Part shown: positions 60,431-64,000 of the stretch, in pieces
How the letters are laid out: the number at the start of each line of letters is the position of its first letter
Numbering within the stretch: the stretch's first letter is position 1
NCBI GenBank assembly: GCA_963662275.1
Contig: OY759316.1
Location: 864,001-928,000, forward strand
Source: Candidatus Cloacimonadales bacterium
Lineage (GTDB): Bacteria; Cloacimonadota; Cloacimonadia; Cloacimonadales; DAONDQ01
Length of the DNA: 64,000 bases
Direction: 5' to 3'
Translations under genes and position numbers: made by a program
The notes under the pieces: generated by a model
The model's input: the letters and a program-made list of their open reading frames with translations, nothing else
Databases searched by the model: none
What the model was told of the DNA's origin: nothing

Positions 60431-60546
60431 ATCTTGAAGTTCGAAGTACGAAGTACGAAGTTGCAGACCAGAGGAACGCCGAATTGATTTCGGTGGTTGT
60501 TGCATTGTTTGCAACGTTCTGAACCTGTGGTTAAACGGCGAATGAA

Positions 60547-60612
60547 TATGTCACCCTTCCAGGGTTCAACGTATATCGGGGATCGGATTCCCATAGCTTA
60601 CGCTATGGGCTA
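60547..60612. repeat. REP-like element forming the 5' exon of the group II intron
   Basis: tatgtcacccttccagggtt...cccatagc-ttac-gctatgggcta; homologous to the reverse complement of 45206-45274. Confidence 0.75.
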
Positions 60613-62482
60613 GTACGATAGTGATAGATAGAAATCGGATGGGTGCAAGTCCCATTTCAGGCTACGTCATGCCTGGTAGTCTATGTAACTGCTTCATCGT
60701 GAGATGGGGTGGGGAGTAACAAATGACGAAACAGCAGTCCGTAGGATAACGAACTCGATTCGGCAGGATACAATGTCGAGCTTGCTAGCCTTAAGCGAAG
60801 ACCAAAATCTTCTGGAATGATGCACTTCGGGTGAACCGGAGTTTCCCCCGGAAGATGGCAGACAGGCTGAGATGACGTGCAAAAGCCATGTACTGATTGT
60901 ATCAAGTGACTGGAGACGGAATGTTGTGAAGGTTTCTATCTCAAGCTATGAGACCTGCTGATGGGAAGAGACATCAGCAGGAGTCAGAGTGTTCATAGTA
61001 GCGATGATATTCAGGACACTATAACCTGAAAGTAGCGAAGGGGCACAGGAAAATGAATTTTGAAAGGAGTATTGATGGAAGATCAACGTTCATTATTGCC
61101 GAAAACGGCTAAACAAGAACGAGAAATCCCTCCGCAATGGAGTTGGGTGGAACCGTCAGTATGGTCTGACAAAATGTTGGCAGCGCTCGAAATGGGCGTC
61201 AAAGGTGGAAAATGGTTCAGTCTGATAGACAAGGTATATGCCATGGCAAACCTTGCATCAGCTTGGAAACACGTGGCATCCAACAGAGGTAGTGCCGGTA
61301 TCGACAATGTCAGCATCCAGCACTACAAAAGACATGCGCTGGCAAGATTAGTACGAACCTCCGAACTGTTGCAAAAGGAAGCGTATCAACCCAATGGAAT
61401 CAAACGTGTCTGGATAGATAAACCGGGCAGTAAGGAAAAGAGACCTTTGGGCATACCGACCGTCACGGACAGAGTAGTACAAACAGCACTGCGCAATGTA
61501 ATCGAACCGATATTTGAACAGGGATTTGCCGAACACAGTTATGGCTTTCGTCCCAAACGCGACTGCAAAGATGCTTTAAGACAAGTCGATGGACTTCTCA
61601 AGCAGGGATACGTCTTTGTTGTGGATGCAGACCTGAAAGGATACTTTGACAGTATACCGCAGGACAAGCTGATGAAGCGTGTAGGAGAAAAGATAGCAGA
61701 CGGGAAAGTTCTGAATCTTATCAATGACTATTTGAATCAAAAAGTAATGGATACAACGTCAACCTGGACACCGGAAACGGGAACACCTCAGGGAGCAGTT
61801 ATCAGTCCATTACTGGCAAACATTTATCTGAATCCTCTGGACTGGCTTATGGCAGGCAAAGGCTATAGAATGATACGCTATGCGGATGATTTTGTAGTCA
61901 TGTGTCAAAGTCGAGAGGAAGCAGAAATGGCTTTATGTACAATAGGCGAATGGGTTGAAAAAGCAGGTCTGGTTTTGCATCCTGAAAAGACTAAAATACT
62001 GGACGCAGAAACGGAAGCGGTGGAATTTTTAGGATACCACTTCTTCAAGGGTAAAAGATACCCCAGACAGAAGAGTATCAACAAGTTCAAAGACAGCATC
62101 CGTAAATGTACCGGACGCAGTAATGCCCACAGCTTACAAACCATAATAGCTAAAATCAAGCCGATTCAAAGAGGTTGGTTCGAGTATTACAAACACTGTT
62201 ACAAAACAGTCTTTCCTAACTTGGATGGCTGGGTAAGACACAGGCTACGCAGTATCCTCAGAAAGAGGAAAAAGCGCTATGGTATTGCCACAGGAAAAGA
62301 CAATATCAGGTATCCAAATTACATCTTTGATAATGCTGGGTTTTTCTCATTAACCAAAGCCCATCAGGAATTATGTCAATCTCTTAAATGAGAACTCGTT
62401 TTCTGGAGAGCCGTATGCGGGAGAACCGCACGTACGGTTCGGAGGGAGGGGAGCCAGTAATGGATTACTCCCCTACCCCTAT
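60613..62482 (+). mobile_element. Group II intron (ribozyme plus intron-encoded RT)
   Basis: Domain V gagccgtatgcgggagaaccgcacgtacggttc with an AGC triad; domain VI ending cctaccccTAT at 62482; 5' end GTACG; candidate EBS1 tagcct (60786-91) pairs with IBS1 gggcta. Confidence 0.85.
61075..62391 (+). CDS. ltrA: Group II intron reverse transcriptase/maturase lacking an endonuclease domain
   Basis: GSAGID, RPLGIPTVTDRVVQ, SYGFRP, DADLKGYFD, GTPQGAVISPLLANIYL, YADD, FLGY, maturase RGWFEYY; AAGGAG SD. Confidence 0.95.
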   Translation: MEDQRSLLPKTAKQEREIPPQWSWVEPSVWSDKMLAALEMGVKGGKWFSLIDKVYAMANLASAWKHVASNRGSAGIDNVSIQHYKRHALARLVRTSELLQKEAYQPNGIKRVWIDKPGSKEKRPLGIPTVTDRVVQTALRNVIEPIFEQGFAEHSYGFRPKRDCKDALRQVDGLLKQGYVFVVDADLKGYFDSIPQDKLMKRVGEKIADGKVLNLINDYLNQKVMDTTSTWTPETGTPQGAVISPLLANIYLNPLDWLMAGKGYRMIRYADDFVVMCQSREEAEMALCTIGEWVEKAGLVLHPEKTKILDAETEAVEFLGYHFFKGKRYPRQKSINKFKDSIRKCTGRSNAHSLQTIIAKIKPIQRGWFEYYKHCYKTVFPNLDGWVRHRLRSILRKRKKRYGIATGKDNIRYPNYIFDNAGFFSLTKAHQELCQSLK

Positions 62483-62492
62483 TGATGTGACG

Positions 62493-64000
62493 GAGATGTC
62501 CCGAAACTAAATGATAGAAAAATAGCAACTATTAAATAATTAGTTATATATCTTGACATATTGTTCTATGGTGTATTATTGCCTTTAAAAACTAAGTATA
62601 GAGAGACACTATGAATTTCAGAGAACACAACCCGGATCAGGGTACTCTTTTCGGGCTTAATATAAGCGAAAAAATACCCCCCAAACATATGGTTCGTTAT
62701 GTTAACGATATCATTGAGCAACTGGACTTATCTGAGCTATACACAAGATACTCTGATGAAGGTACACCTGCTTATCATCCCAAGATGATGTTGAAGATCA
62801 TTGTGTATGCCTATATCAATGGTATTTATACCTGTCGGAAGATAGCTAAGGCTGTTCGGGAGAACATCAATTTTATCTGGCTGGCAGGAGAACAGGAACC
62901 TGATTTCAGAACGATCAACACCTTTGCCTGGACTAAGTGTTCTGATATTCTTATTGATGTATTTTATCAGGTAGTACTGAAAGCATCATCATTAGGATAT
63001 CTTGATCTCGACACCTGTTTTGTTGACGGGACGACGATTCACGCAAATGCCGGCAAGAATTCCTACATCTGGAAAAGCAATGCGCTTCGTTATCAGGAAC
63101 TGGTCAAGACACGAGTTGAGGGATTGTTTAAAAAGATCGAGGAATATAATCAGGAAGAGCAACAGCAATATGGAACCGCTGATCTTCTTGAGCTTGGTGA
63201 GCAATTGCATGCGGTTGAATCAGAGAAAACTGCTACAGTCGCATCTGAACAGATCAGAGATAGACTGGTCTCAGCAGAAAACAAGCTGAAAGAAGCAATG
63301 TCCCGACTACAGAAAAATCATCCGTCAGATACTCGGGCTATCAAGAAAATCAAATCTCTTTTGCGCGAAATCTCCAAATCAAAGAGCAATGATATAACTA
63401 AGCTGGAGAAATATGAGCAACAGCTTGAGATAATTGGAGAAGGACGCAGCAGCACATCCAAGACTGATAATGATGCCACATTTATGCGATTGAAAAATGG
63501 ACAGCTGGCACCGGGTTATGTTGCCAGTATCGGAACTTCAGAGCAATTTGTCACAGGCATTCACTTATTCAATATCCCTAAAGAAACCGTTGAATTTCCC
63601 AATCTCATGGAGCAAATGCATGATGAATTGGGACAATATCCTACCGACGTTGTTGGAGATGCTGCCTATGGCACTGCGCTGAATTTGAATTATGCTGCTG
63701 AAAAAGAGATAACAAGCTATCTCAAGACCCAGGATTATAAGAGAGATTATCGGGACTCTCTTCTGACAGGCTTCAGCTATGATGAGGAGTATGATGAGTG
63801 GGTCTGTCAATTTAATCGGAGACTGGTCAAAATCAAGGAAGAAGAGACAGAGAAGAACGGTCCGAAACGAATCGTGAAAACCTATATATGTAATGACTGC
63901 AGAGAATGTCCTCACAATAAAAAGTGTATTCCCTACAAGGATAAAACACATAAATCACTGACCTACGATCCTCATATAGCTCCACTAAAACGTCAGACCG
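62493..64000 (+). mobile_element. IS1182-family insertion sequence, right end outside the window
   Basis: Putative left IR gagatgtcccgaaact, followed by the transposase. Confidence 0.75.
62611..64000 (+). CDS. IS1182-family DDE transposase, 3'-truncated by the window edge (absent from the ORF track)
   Basis: Translated by hand: MNFREHNPDQ...G.PAYHPKMMLKIIVYAY..GIY.CRKI...RENINFIWL...PDFRTIN...FVDGTTIHANA...SKTDNDATFMRLK...GDAAYG. Confidence 0.92.
   Translation, partial: MNFREHNPDQGTLFGLNISEKIPPKHMVRYVNDIIEQLDLSELYTRYSDEGTPAYHPKMMLKIIVYAYINGIYTCRKIAKAVRENINFIWLAGEQEPDFRTINTFAWTKCSDILIDVFYQVVLKASSLGYLDLDTCFVDGTTIHANAGKNSYIWKSNALRYQELVKTRVEGLFKKIEEYNQEEQQQYGTADLLELGEQLHAVESEKTATVASEQIRDRLVSAENKLKEAMSRLQKNHPSDTRAIKKIKSLLREISKSKSNDITKLEKYEQQLEIIGEGRSSTSKTDNDATFMRLKNGQLAPGYVASIGTSEQFVTGIHLFNIPKETVEFPNLMEQMHDELGQYPTDVVGDAAYGTALNLNYAAEKEITSYLKTQDYKRDYRDSLLTGFSYDEEYDEWVCQFNRRLVKIKEEETEKNGPKRIVKTYICNDCRECPHNKKCIPYKDKTHKSLTYDPHIAPLKRQT

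Noticed and set aside
60160..60594. 144-aa minus-strand ORF
   Set aside because: It spans IS21 ends and a REP element and is probably spurious.
61075..62391. RT as part of a DGR, retron or defence RT
   Set aside because: It has YADD, a maturase domain and flanking domain V/VI RNA typical of group II introns. I saw no template/variable repeat pair with adenine-specific mismatches.

Overview
AT-rich bacterial window in two halves. The protein families suggest a Candidatus Cloacimonadota-like anaerobe (inference only). Left half (1-40.7 kb): housekeeping genes (ppnP, a kinase-like ORF, an FKBP PPIase, yigZ) around a large cluster of secreted proteases. The cluster holds three gingipain-like C25 cysteine proteases and two M14 carboxypeptidases built from shuffled shared modules, a ChaN/M1-like fusion, an M16 peptidase and a 2608-aa M6 metalloprotease with a 66-bp tandem repeat over its start site. 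Right half (41-64 kb): a defence/mobile-element island. It holds an IS91-like transposase plus tyrosine recombinase unit, two internally deleted DUF1016/YhcG copies forming direct repeats around an SNF2 helicase and a toxin-antitoxin-SecB-like chaperone (TAC) operon, two deleted helicase remnants, a putative type II R-M pair, a STAND-like ATPase with 42-aa helical repeats and a complete IS21. It ends with a group II intron whose candidate EBS1 pairs with a REP-like hairpin, and an IS1182 inserted in the same REP. No CRISPR array, tRNA or rRNA was seen.
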